NCBI GenBank assembly: GCA_044892525.1
Contig: CM097885.1
Location: 31,436,001 to 31,500,000 of the forward strand
Source: Schmidtea polychroa
Taxonomy: Eukaryota
DNA length: 64,000 nucleotides
Direction: 5' to 3'
The notes below the pieces were generated by a model. It was given only the letters and a program-made list of their open reading frames with translations, made no database searches and had not been told where the DNA came from. Shown piece after piece: positions 40,470 through 49,150 of this stretch. Made by a program: the position numbers and the translations under genes. Numbering within the stretch: position 1 is the first letter of the stretch; every line of letters begins with the position of its first letter.

Positions 40470-41030
40470 AAAATTTGCGAGGGATTTCCCCTTATTTCAA
40501 AATAAATATCATTAAAAAAAATATCATTAATAATAATTTCATTATAAAATATTATTTAAAAATGTTAATAATTTCATCATTATATAAAAAATTTTACGAG
40601 GGATTTCCCCTTATTTCAAAATAAATATCATTAAAAAAATATCATTAATAATAATTTCATTATAAAATATTATTTAAAAATGTTAATAATTTCATCATTA
40701 TATAAAAAAAAAATTTTTACGAGGGATTTCCCCTTATTTCAAAATAAATATCATTAATAATTATCATTAATAATAATTTCATTATAAAATATTATTTAAA
40801 AATGTTAATAATTTCATCATTATATAAAAAAAAATTTTTTTTACGAGGGATTTACCCTTATTTTTACTCTTAAGATAAAATTTTATTAAAAATATTAATA
40901 ATCATTTTTAAAAATATTATTAATTTCATTATAAAATATTATTAAAAAATTTTTTACGAGGGATTTCCCACTATTTTTACTCTTAAAATAAAATTTTATT
41001 AAAAATATTAATAATTTCATTATAAAATAT
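40470..41030. repeat. ~120-bp tandem repeat, 5 copies, each with a GAGGGATTT(C/A)CC core
   Basis: Cores at 40481, 40600, 40723, 40847 and 40960. Confidence 0.9.
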
Positions 41031-41057
41031 TATTTAAAAATTGATAAAAATACTTAC

Positions 41058-41322
41058 ATTTGTCATTTTTCATTGTTGCATTTTTCATTGTTTCATTATT
41101 AGCTTTTTTCATTGTTTCATTTTTAACATTTTTCATTGTTGCATTATTAGCTTTTTTCATTGTTTCATTATTAACATTTTTCATTGTTTCATTATTAGCT
41201 TTTTTCATTGTCGCATTTTTAACATTTTTCATTGTTGCATTATTAACATTTTTCATTGTTTCATTTTTAACATTTTTCATTGTTGCATTTTTAACATTTT
41301 TCATTGTTGTATTATTATTCAT
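41058..41322 (-). CDS. Putative first exon of the pPolB polyprotein (8-aa MKNVxNxT repeats)
   Basis: GTAAGT donor at 41057 and TTTTTAG acceptor at 40191 are phase-compatible (T|GT = Cys). Confidence 0.45.
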
Positions 41323-41633
41323 TTTTGATTTTTATCTAAAAATAATTAAATTTTAATAATTAAAAAATAAAATTCTTGCAATCCTTGGTACTAGCAAATT
41401 ATGACCAAATTTTAAAAACAAATCATTTATATACTTCTTCTTCTACTTAATACATTACGTAATAATTAAAGGATTTAATACCTTACATAATAATTAACTT
41501 AATTAAAGATTTAGTTTAATAATCAACTAAAATTTAAATTTTAATAATCAATTATATTGAATTAATAATCAACTAAAAATTTATTGAAATAATCAGCTAA
41601 AATTTATTGAAAACAACTTTTTATTATAAAAAT

Positions 41634-42012
41634 TTATTTCATTGACTTTAACCAAGCCAAACAATGTTGTCCACATGTTTTTGTTATAGGGTTTTGGTAA
41701 CGTATTCGATTGTATTCAATTGGCATTGACATTGATTGTAGTTTATTGATTAATATAGGTGGATAATAGAATCCCATTGGATCAAATGCATATATTTTGT
41801 CTGGTTTCACGTATACTGCAAGCCAATGTTCACCATTCAGATTAGCAGATTGAGTATTTACAATTATTGCTTTGTTGACATCTAAATAAGGTATTTTGTC
41901 TAATGGGAAAACACCTAGAAATTCTTTTCCTAGTAATTTTCTTCCGATAACATGTATCTGAATAGAACTAAATTAATAATAATTAAATAATTTAAATTAA
42001 TTCTTACTTCAT
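41634..42012 (-). CDS. Adenain-type cysteine maturation protease, 112 aa, 40-nt intron 41968-42007 (absent from the ORF track)
   Basis: MN|SIQI...FLGVFPLDKIP...IVNTQSANLNGEHWLAV...FDPMG...YQNPITKTCGQHC; His-Asp-Gln-Cys residues present. Confidence 0.92.
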
Positions 42013-42046
42013 ATTTGATTAATTGATTTTCGATATTTGGTTTATA

Positions 42047-43270
42047 TTATACCAAAACAGTACGAGTAGATGTAATTTGAATTTCTTTTTCAAAAACTCC
42101 ATATACAATTACAGAAACGGCTTCAGTAAGTGAAGATGCGAATTTAATATCTAATCGCAAATTTCCACTTTGTGGTAACTGACTTTGATGAAGATCAAAA
42201 TCTGGTGCCAATACGAATGTAAAGAATGGATACTTGCTCTTAAAATCAGACATGGTGATACCACAATTCATATTTTTATTTAGATAACCCATATTTCTAA
42301 TAATCGATTGCATATAACTTGTACTATAATCATCATTCTCAAAATCTTGACTATATTTTTCGCGATAATCACTTCCTTTACTTAAAGTTATGGACTTGAC
42401 ATTAAAGTGATCAAATAAAGAAAATGATTCTGAAAACGATCCACTAAATCTTTTACTAGATTGAAATGCAACAAGTATAAAATTAGGTAATCGTCTATCT
42501 CCAAATATTTGTTCTTTATAAAAAGAGGAAGAACCAATAGGTAATGAGAAATCAACAACTTCTTTGCTTCTTAAAGGATAAATTGCATTTTTGGTAGACA
42601 GACCAATTTGATGTCCTGCCAAAACCGATGGTTCAACACGAACTCTTCTAACCATTAATTTTGCGTCTAATAATAAAATTTTCGGTTCAATTTTCGCACA
42701 AGTTAAACTAAGTGTTGGATTTGATCTTGTTAATTTAATTTGAACACTAACACCTGGTAGTAAATATTTAGGTTGATCAAAGAAATCAAATTGAAGTGGG
42801 GAACATAAAGAAAAGGATTTTGATTTTTCAATCCATGTTTTTCTCGTAAGATCTTTGTTAGTATACCCCATTCCACCTAAAGATGTTCGTTTAGTATCTC
42901 CGTCATAATTTATAAGTGTTTCAATTAATGCTTTGTGGGCAAATCTATCATTTGATCCTTCAACTTTGATTGAATTAAAAATTAATTCAACATCTTTAAA
43001 AAGGGTTTGGAAGAAGAAATTATTTGGAATTACTTCTGATTCGCCTAAATTCTCACCTAAATTATTAACAACTTTCAATTGAATATATAACAAAGTATCA
43101 TTCAAATCTAAATATTCAGTCTGCGATCCATTTATGTAAAATTGAATCGAAGAAGAACCGGCATCTGTAATTGAATTTCTTGGGTATACATCTTCAAATG
43201 CTCCATGTTCAATCACTGCTTGGGGAGAAGGTCTATCAAAAAGACATAATTCTGATTTAGCACTAATCAT
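42047..43270 (-). CDS. Major capsid protein (double jelly-roll, Polinton PY/hexon-like)
   Basis: KSELCLF...IQFYING...YLDLNDTLLY, QPKYLLPGVSVQIKLTRS, GNLRLDIKF; 407 aa. Confidence 0.92.
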   Translation of the reverse strand: MISAKSELCLFDRPSPQAVIEHGAFEDVYPRNSITDAGSSSIQFYINGSQTEYLDLNDTLLYIQLKVVNNLGENLGESEVIPNNFFFQTLFKDVELIFNSIKVEGSNDRFAHKALIETLINYDGDTKRTSLGGMGYTNKDLTRKTWIEKSKSFSLCSPLQFDFFDQPKYLLPGVSVQIKLTRSNPTLSLTCAKIEPKILLLDAKLMVRRVRVEPSVLAGHQIGLSTKNAIYPLRSKEVVDFSLPIGSSSFYKEQIFGDRRLPNFILVAFQSSKRFSGSFSESFSLFDHFNVKSITLSKGSDYREKYSQDFENDDYSTSYMQSIIRNMGYLNKNMNCGITMSDFKSKYPFFTFVLAPDFDLHQSQLPQSGNLRLDIKFASSLTEAVSVIVYGVFEKEIQITSTRTVLV

Positions 43271-43665
43271 TTTTCAAAGATGGTACCATATACTTTCATT
43301 CTTTTGTTTATATGTTTCTTCATAATTTTTCGGCGTTTAAGTATTCCGCCTTTTTGTTCTTTATCATTTTTAAATACATCGGATACTTTATTAATTACTT
43401 CAGGTAAATGTTGCATCACAGCTGGTAATGATTCTTTAATTTCAGAAATTGCATTTGATTTTAAAGCAGGCAAGATATTTGCATTGTTATTTATTACGTC
43501 ATTAGCTGTTTTCATACCAAAATTTCCTATTCGTCTAAGAATTGGGAGTGCAAATCTACCTATTGTCTTCAACCAACCGGTTCCATATTGTTTACCAACA
43601 AAATATGGTAAATCACCACCCGATTGGTTACTACTATAAAAATGTATTATGTCAGGATTACTCAT
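43267..43665 (-). CDS. Conserved Polinton small virion protein with amphipathic helix (candidate membrane-active/core protein)
   Basis: QSGG...YFVGKQYGTGWLKTIGRFALPILRRIG, basic C-terminus; overlaps both neighbours. Confidence 0.75.
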   Translation of the reverse strand: MSNPDIIHFYSSNQSGGDLPYFVGKQYGTGWLKTIGRFALPILRRIGNFGMKTANDVINNNANILPALKSNAISEIKESLPAVMQHLPEVINKVSDVFKNDKEQKGGILKRRKIMKKHINKRMKVYGTIFEK

Positions 43666-44674
43666 TTATTTTACGAAAATGTAATGTCAAGTATGTTTTA
43701 TCTTCTTTTCCAAATATATATTTTCCACTATCATCTCGTATATTGATTTCTATATTGTTTATATATGAAGACGATACAGGTAAGTACATTGGATTCTTTT
43801 CAATTATTTGTACTAAATCATCTTTTTTATGTTTTTCCACCCAAATACATTTCAAAAGAGGGACCAATGTATCACCAACAATGATAGGTTCGATAATATT
43901 TGTATAGATCATCAATTGTTGATTGCGTTGTAATACTTCAGGTTCTTTAAAACCAATAATAAGTTTGTCAGTATATGCTTCTTCTAATAAACCTAAACTA
44001 TTGGCTAAAAATTTACTAAATTGAACTTTACTGACATCATCATCCATTACAATTTTAACGATTTTTCCTTTTTGAATATCAACAGATTTAAATGGACGAG
44101 GATAAAAGAGTGATAGTTGATCATTTATTTGTGAAAGATCTGTAATGATATTTTCTTCGAATGTATCTGTATACTCGACATCGTAATAATATTGTATAGT
44201 TAATCGAATTGTATCAAACTTTATTTTTCGATTATTTGGAGGAATAGTGATTTGGTTCAAGGCTTTTTTAAAAGTTATTTCTTTTTCTGAAAATCCCAAT
44301 TTCTGCGCTTCTTTAATACTATCGAATTCTACTTTAAAAGGAAAATATTTACAATTAATGTTCAATGTATTTCCATCAATATATATTAAATAAAATGGAG
44401 AGTCGTGACTGATTGTATATTCATTTTTTTCTTGGTTAAAGTAAAAGTATTCATAACTTGTATGTAATACACTTTTACTATATTTGACATTTGAATTGTT
44501 GTAAAAAGGAAAATAATTATACACAAAGGTAAAGTCCATGAGAGCTACTTCCCATTCACCATCCAAGTAAATAGGATTTTGAAATTCGACATTAAATTTA
44601 CCAGCTTCATTATTTGGATGAGTCTGAGGACAACTATTAGAAGGTAAATTCACATAAAAATCTTTTTTAATCAT
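43658..44674 (-). CDS. Minor capsid protein (penton, single jelly-roll), paralog 2
   Basis: FYVNLPSNS...PIYLDGEWEVAL...IYTNIIEPIIVGDTLVPLL...LTLHFRK. Confidence 0.9.
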   Translation of the reverse strand: MIKKDFYVNLPSNSCPQTHPNNEAGKFNVEFQNPIYLDGEWEVALMDFTFVYNYFPFYNNSNVKYSKSVLHTSYEYFYFNQEKNEYTISHDSPFYLIYIDGNTLNINCKYFPFKVEFDSIKEAQKLGFSEKEITFKKALNQITIPPNNRKIKFDTIRLTIQYYYDVEYTDTFEENIITDLSQINDQLSLFYPRPFKSVDIQKGKIVKIVMDDDVSKVQFSKFLANSLGLLEEAYTDKLIIGFKEPEVLQRNQQLMIYTNIIEPIIVGDTLVPLLKCIWVEKHKKDDLVQIIEKNPMYLPVSSSYINNIEINIRDDSGKYIFGKEDKTYLTLHFRKINE

Positions 44675-45692
44675 TTATTTTACGAAAATGTAATGTCAAG
44701 TGTGTTTTTGTATCTCTACTAAATTTTATTAATTTTCCACTATCATCTCGTATATTGATTTCAATGTTGTTTATAGAAGAATTAGAAATTGGTAGATACA
44801 TTGGATTCTTCATTTCTAGTTGCACAATTTCTCCTTGTTCATATTTTTTTATCCAAATAGATTTCAATAACGGAACTCTTACATCTCCAACAGTCAATGG
44901 TTCGATAATATTTGAGTAAATAAACATTTGTTGATGATGATTAAATAATTTTGGAATTTTTGTTCCAATAATTTCTTTCTCTGTAAATGTTTGTTTCTTT
45001 AATCCCAATGTTTTTGTTAAATTTTTATCAAAGGTTATTGATGAAATGTTATCAGCAAGACTTATTTTAACCAATTCATTATTTTGTATTTTTAAATCTT
45101 TAAAGGGAGACGGATTAATTGTCATTAACTGACCATGTATTTCAGATAAAGTATTGATGTATAGTTCATCTTCGAAATAATGTTCAAATTTTGTTTTTTC
45201 AACAACGCTTATAATTATACCAAATTGATCAATTGTTTTATCTTCTGTAAATTTTGGTAATTTAATTCGCAAATGATCACTATCACTAATAACCGATACT
45301 GATTTTAATCCAAATTTAATAGCATGTTCAAAATCTGGAAACGTTATTTTAAATGGAACATGTGGACAAACAACAACCAAATTCTCATATCTTTCAATGA
45401 ACATGTCAACTTCAGGAGTATTTTTAGGATTTATTACTTCAAAGGTTCGATTTGAATTATTTATTCTAAAATATTTAATTTCTTCATCCATCTTTACTTT
45501 TTCATATTGTATCAATGAATTACTGTAATAAGGAAAAGTATTATACACAAAGGTAAAGTCCATGAGAGCTACTTCCCATTCACCATCCAAGTAAATAGGA
45601 TTTTGAAATTCGACATTAAATTTACTAGCTTCATTATCGGGGAAAATAAGGGGACAACTATTAGAAGGTAAAATAATATAAAAATCTTTCAT
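44667..45692 (-). CDS. Minor capsid protein (penton, single jelly-roll), paralog 1
   Basis: FYIILPSNS...PIYLDGEWEVAL...IYSNIIEPLTVGDVRVPLL...LTLHFRK. Confidence 0.9.
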   Translation of the reverse strand: MKDFYIILPSNSCPLIFPDNEASKFNVEFQNPIYLDGEWEVALMDFTFVYNTFPYYSNSLIQYEKVKMDEEIKYFRINNSNRTFEVINPKNTPEVDMFIERYENLVVVCPHVPFKITFPDFEHAIKFGLKSVSVISDSDHLRIKLPKFTEDKTIDQFGIIISVVEKTKFEHYFEDELYINTLSEIHGQLMTINPSPFKDLKIQNNELVKISLADNISSITFDKNLTKTLGLKKQTFTEKEIIGTKIPKLFNHHQQMFIYSNIIEPLTVGDVRVPLLKSIWIKKYEQGEIVQLEMKNPMYLPISNSSINNIEINIRDDSGKLIKFSRDTKTHLTLHFRKIND

Positions 45693-45697
45693 AATAT

Positions 45698-46834
45698 TTA
45701 TTTAATCAATTGATTTTCGGATATCCAAGATGGAGTTTCATATCCATGCCATTTAACATAGTATTGTTTATATTTACCATCTTTTTTGGTTTTTAAAATC
45801 TTTTGAATTCTAAATATTGTAGGAGCAGGAATTACTTGGAGTTCTTGTTCATAGAATTTACCAGTGATTGGTTTGTTTTCATGATCAACTATCACATACA
45901 TGACAGGATTCTGTTTTGTATCGATTTTTAAAATTTGATATACTTCATCACTCCAATTATTATCAAAGTTTTTGATGAATGGTGAAGAATTGATTTTACT
46001 AATTCTTACATGATCACCAACCTTGTATTTCGGTTTATTGATTTTTTCTGACTTTGTTTGATTTTTAGTAAAATCTGCAGGTGTTTGTCCTTTTAATCCT
46101 CTGTGTGGTGAATGATTGTAACTGAAAATAATTTTTGGCAAAACATTTATCCAAGTTTTATTACCTTGATATACAAAATATTTTTTCAAACGTTCTCTTA
46201 AAGTTCGATTAAATCGTTCTACATGAGCAGCTTTGAACTGAGAAAATACTGAGTAGTGGTTTATTCCTTTGATAACCTCTTTAACTTTGCTGTTATAAAA
46301 TTCTTTACCTAAATCATATATTTAAAAATTAATTAATTAAATTTAATTACCTAAATCCGTTTGTAAATTAATAGGTTTACCATCTGCAAACATTTCTTTT
46401 ATCGCATCAGCCATTTCATTTGCAGATTTGGTTTTTGTAGGAACAGCACGAGCATATCTATTAAAAACATCTATACAAGTCAGAATATATTTGTACCCCT
46501 TGTTAATTTTTGAATAAGGTATCATTTCCATCAAATCCATTTGCCATACATCATTGTTTCCAATTGTTTTGTATGGTCTTGTTGGAAAACGTTTCAACAT
46601 TGGTTTATTTAAACTATATGCTAATTGATTAGATAACCATTTCTGAGTTTCTTTCTTTGAATTATTCACTCGTTTTGTTAATTTTTCTACGCCACCAAAA
46701 CCATCTGGATCTTTTGGGTTTGTCCATATTGTTTTTAACTTTTTCTCTATTGTTTTCACTTTTTTCACTTTTGTTTTCACATTTGTTTTCACATTTTTCA
46801 CTTTTGTGTTGGTTTTGTGATACGTTTCCTTCAT
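45698..46834 (-). CDS. int: Retroviral-like integrase with C-terminal chromodomain, 364 aa, 42-nt intron 46309-46350
   Basis: WQMDL, LQTDLG|KEFYN, KAAHVERFNRTL, YKVGDHVRI, YYVKWHGY; splicing joins the two ORFs without stops. Confidence 0.95.
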
Positions 46835-46903
46835 TATTACAACAAGTTGTCAAAATATTAAAATCTACAATATTTTTATTTGGTAATGAACTCTTGATAC
46901 CCA

Positions 46904-47230
46904 TTAAGAACTTAATGATGAGATTGCACTAATTGCAGATAAGACTATAGGAATTAATGCACCCAAGAACCCTCCTTTTTGTTTATATATTATCTTTCTC
47001 ATTAGACGACGATTTTTTGTATCAACTAGAGATAAAAGTGATCTTTTATGTCTTTGCAATGCTAATCTTTTAGCTTTAGTTATATTTACATTACCACGGA
47101 CAACATTTATAATAACTTCAAGTAAATCATCAATAACAAATGATGGAAAAGACTGTAAAATTGATATTCGTTTCGAATTTGGTGCCTTTATTAAAGCATT
47201 AAAATATGGTAAACTCCGTTCAAATTTCAT
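46904..47230 (-). CDS. Conserved Polinton small protein ending in QxGGF plus a hydrophobic tail (108 aa from ATG 47230)
   Basis: EVIINVVRGNV...KQKGGFLGALIPIVLSAI. Confidence 0.8.
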   Translation of the reverse strand: MKFERSLPYFNALIKAPNSKRISILQSFPSFVIDDLLEVIINVVRGNVNITKAKRLALQRHKRSLLSLVDTKNRRLMRKIIYKQKGGFLGALIPIVLSAISAISSLSS

Positions 47231-47259
47231 TATTATTATTAATTTACGCGACGGATTGT

Positions 47260-47412
47260 TTATAATTTGATCCACTTCTTGATTTGTTTCTTAGTTTTTG
47301 TACTTTTTGTACTTTTTGATCCACTTTTTGTTTTCTTTGTACGTTTTGTTTTCTTGGTAATTTTCTTCGAAACACTTGGAAGATTTTTAACAACTACTTT
47401 TTTAAATGACAT
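47260..47412 (-). CDS. 50-aa Lys-rich basic protein (absent from the ORF track)
   Basis: MSFKKVVVKNLPSVSKKITKKTKRTKKTKSGSKSTKSTKTKKQIKKWIKL; fills the gap between the ATPase and the next gene. Confidence 0.65.
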   Translation of the reverse strand: MSFKKVVVKNLPSVSKKITKKTKRTKKTKSGSKSTKSTKTKKQIKKWIKL

Positions 47413-47431
47413 GATTAATTTTATTTAGTTT

Positions 47432-48055
47432 TTAGTTTTGTTTATAAATCGTAACACCGTTTATATTAAAAATATCAGTTCTAATACGCATATCATCTGG
47501 ACATTGTTGTGTAAAATCAAAAAATAAATATCCATGAGGAATTTTTGTCGCATCTTGGAATGAATCAATCAAAAATTTTCTATTATTTGGATAAGCTTGT
47601 CTTGAAAGAAAATCTATTATTGTTTGATCTCTAGGATTTTTGAAAATAATTAAATATTGGACATTTAAATTACGTGTTCTATGACTTCCACCTTGATGAA
47701 AAAGATTTTGTGTAATGAAAATAACTGTAACTCCGCAATGTCTACTGATTTTTGTAAATAAATTATTAAAATCCTTTTCTTTATTTGCTTCCTGGTACAG
47801 ATCATCGATAATAATAACATCACCTTGGCGTAATCTAGATGACCAATTTTTATCAAATCCTTTAATTATGGTCATTTTTAATTTACAGAAACTGTTTTGG
47901 GTCAATCCATGTTCTTCATCTGCACCTCGATGCCAATATATTTTATTAAATTTAGATTTAAACATGTTTGATTGTAATAAATTACATACAAATAAAGTTT
48001 TCCCGCTTCCACTAGGTCCTACAATTTGATATACTGCGTCATTTCTTAATTCCAT
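47432..48055 (-). CDS. FtsK-HerA/A32-like genome packaging ATPase
   Basis: Walker A GPSGSGKT, Walker B VIIIDD, SRH...ITQNLF, FKNPRD. Confidence 0.95.
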   Translation of the reverse strand: MELRNDAVYQIVGPSGSGKTLFVCNLLQSNMFKSKFNKIYWHRGADEEHGLTQNSFCKLKMTIIKGFDKNWSSRLRQGDVIIIDDLYQEANKEKDFNNLFTKISRHCGVTVIFITQNLFHQGGSHRTRNLNVQYLIIFKNPRDQTIIDFLSRQAYPNNRKFLIDSFQDATKIPHGYLFFDFTQQCPDDMRIRTDIFNINGVTIYKQN

Positions 48056-48105
48056 TTTTTAATTAAATTATTTTATTTAATTTGTTTATAATTACAATAA
48101 TTAGA

Positions 48106-48582
48106 ATGATCAGCAACATTAATTATAGAGGAAGATGTGTAGTAAATGGAATGAAGTTCCCATCAGGAAAACCTCAACATGTCATGGACAGAAGTGGAAA
48201 ATATCCAATTTTATTCTTCAAGAGCGGGAAATGTAGGATAATGGGATGTAAGAAACCATTACAGGAAGGCGATCTCAAATATCAAATTCAAGATTTACAA
48301 ATCCAATCAATTACATTAACGTTAGATATGGGTACATGCGTTGATTTAAATGCATTGTCAAGGAAAACCGATAGTTACTACGAGCCTGAAATATTTCCAG
48401 CTTTACGTATTCTCAAGTATAACCCACTATGTGTAAATGTTTTTTCAAGTGGGAAAGTTGTTATATTAGGGATTAAAACATTTGATTATTTTAATCAAAT
48501 TCAAGAAATTCAGAAATTCATTAAATCATTAACTATAAATATCACAACAAATGAAGAAATATTGGAATATTTATTAAGTTAA
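48106..48582 (+). CDS. TATA-binding protein (TBP)-like protein, core only, 158 aa from ATG 48106
   Basis: Two-repeat TBP signature: ISNINY...ILFFKSGKCRIMG and IQSITLTLD...DLNAL...YEPEIFPAL...VFSSGKVVILG. Confidence 0.85.
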   Translation: MISNINYRGRCVVNGMKFPSGKPQHVMDRSGKYPILFFKSGKCRIMGCKKPLQEGDLKYQIQDLQIQSITLTLDMGTCVDLNALSRKTDSYYEPEIFPALRILKYNPLCVNVFSSGKVVILGIKTFDYFNQIQEIQKFIKSLTINITTNEEILEYLLS

Positions 48583-48645
48583 TTAAATTAATTTAATTAA
48601 TTGTGTTTAAATTAACTGAATATCTACAATAACAAAAATTCAAAA

Positions 48646-48993
48646 ATGGATGACGATAAGCAAGCTTACATATTCCAGACTATATTAACAAAGATGGAAG
48701 AATTGTTCCCGAATATAAAGAACAGACTTTCGTATTGTGCTCCGGAACTATTAGCTTATAGAATCAAGCAATTAACGGGGATCAATATAGAAGAACTTAT
48801 ACGAAGACATTTCGAATCTGTCCAAGAATCGAGATTTAAATGCATAGACGATTGTGAAGTATGTATGGATCCGATGAAATTACCATGCCCGTTTAGATGT
48901 AGATGCTGCCAAGAATATAAGATGAAAGAAGTTGATCATATTTTATTAGCAGAATTAAGAAGAGCTTATTACAAGCAAATATTGGATGAATAA
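48646..48993 (+). CDS. Cys-rich putative zinc-binding protein, 115 aa, function unknown
   Basis: AAAATGG start; CIDDCEVC...CPFRCRCC cluster; stop abuts the right TIR. Confidence 0.7.
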   Translation: MDDDKQAYIFQTILTKMEELFPNIKNRLSYCAPELLAYRIKQLTGINIEELIRRHFESVQESRFKCIDDCEVCMDPMKLPCPFRCRCCQEYKMKEVDHILLAELRRAYYKQILDE

Positions 48994-49086
48994 ATTTTAT
49001 ATCTTTACATTTGTTATTTGTTTGTGTTTTATGTGTATAGTTCATTTTTATGTATTTGGTTGATATATTATTACTAATATTATTAC

Positions 49087-49150
<64 letters not shown>

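Noticed and set aside
41041..41356. Plus-strand hydrophobic repeat ORFs
   Set aside because: Antisense reading of a 24-bp tandem repeat; starts are TTG codons
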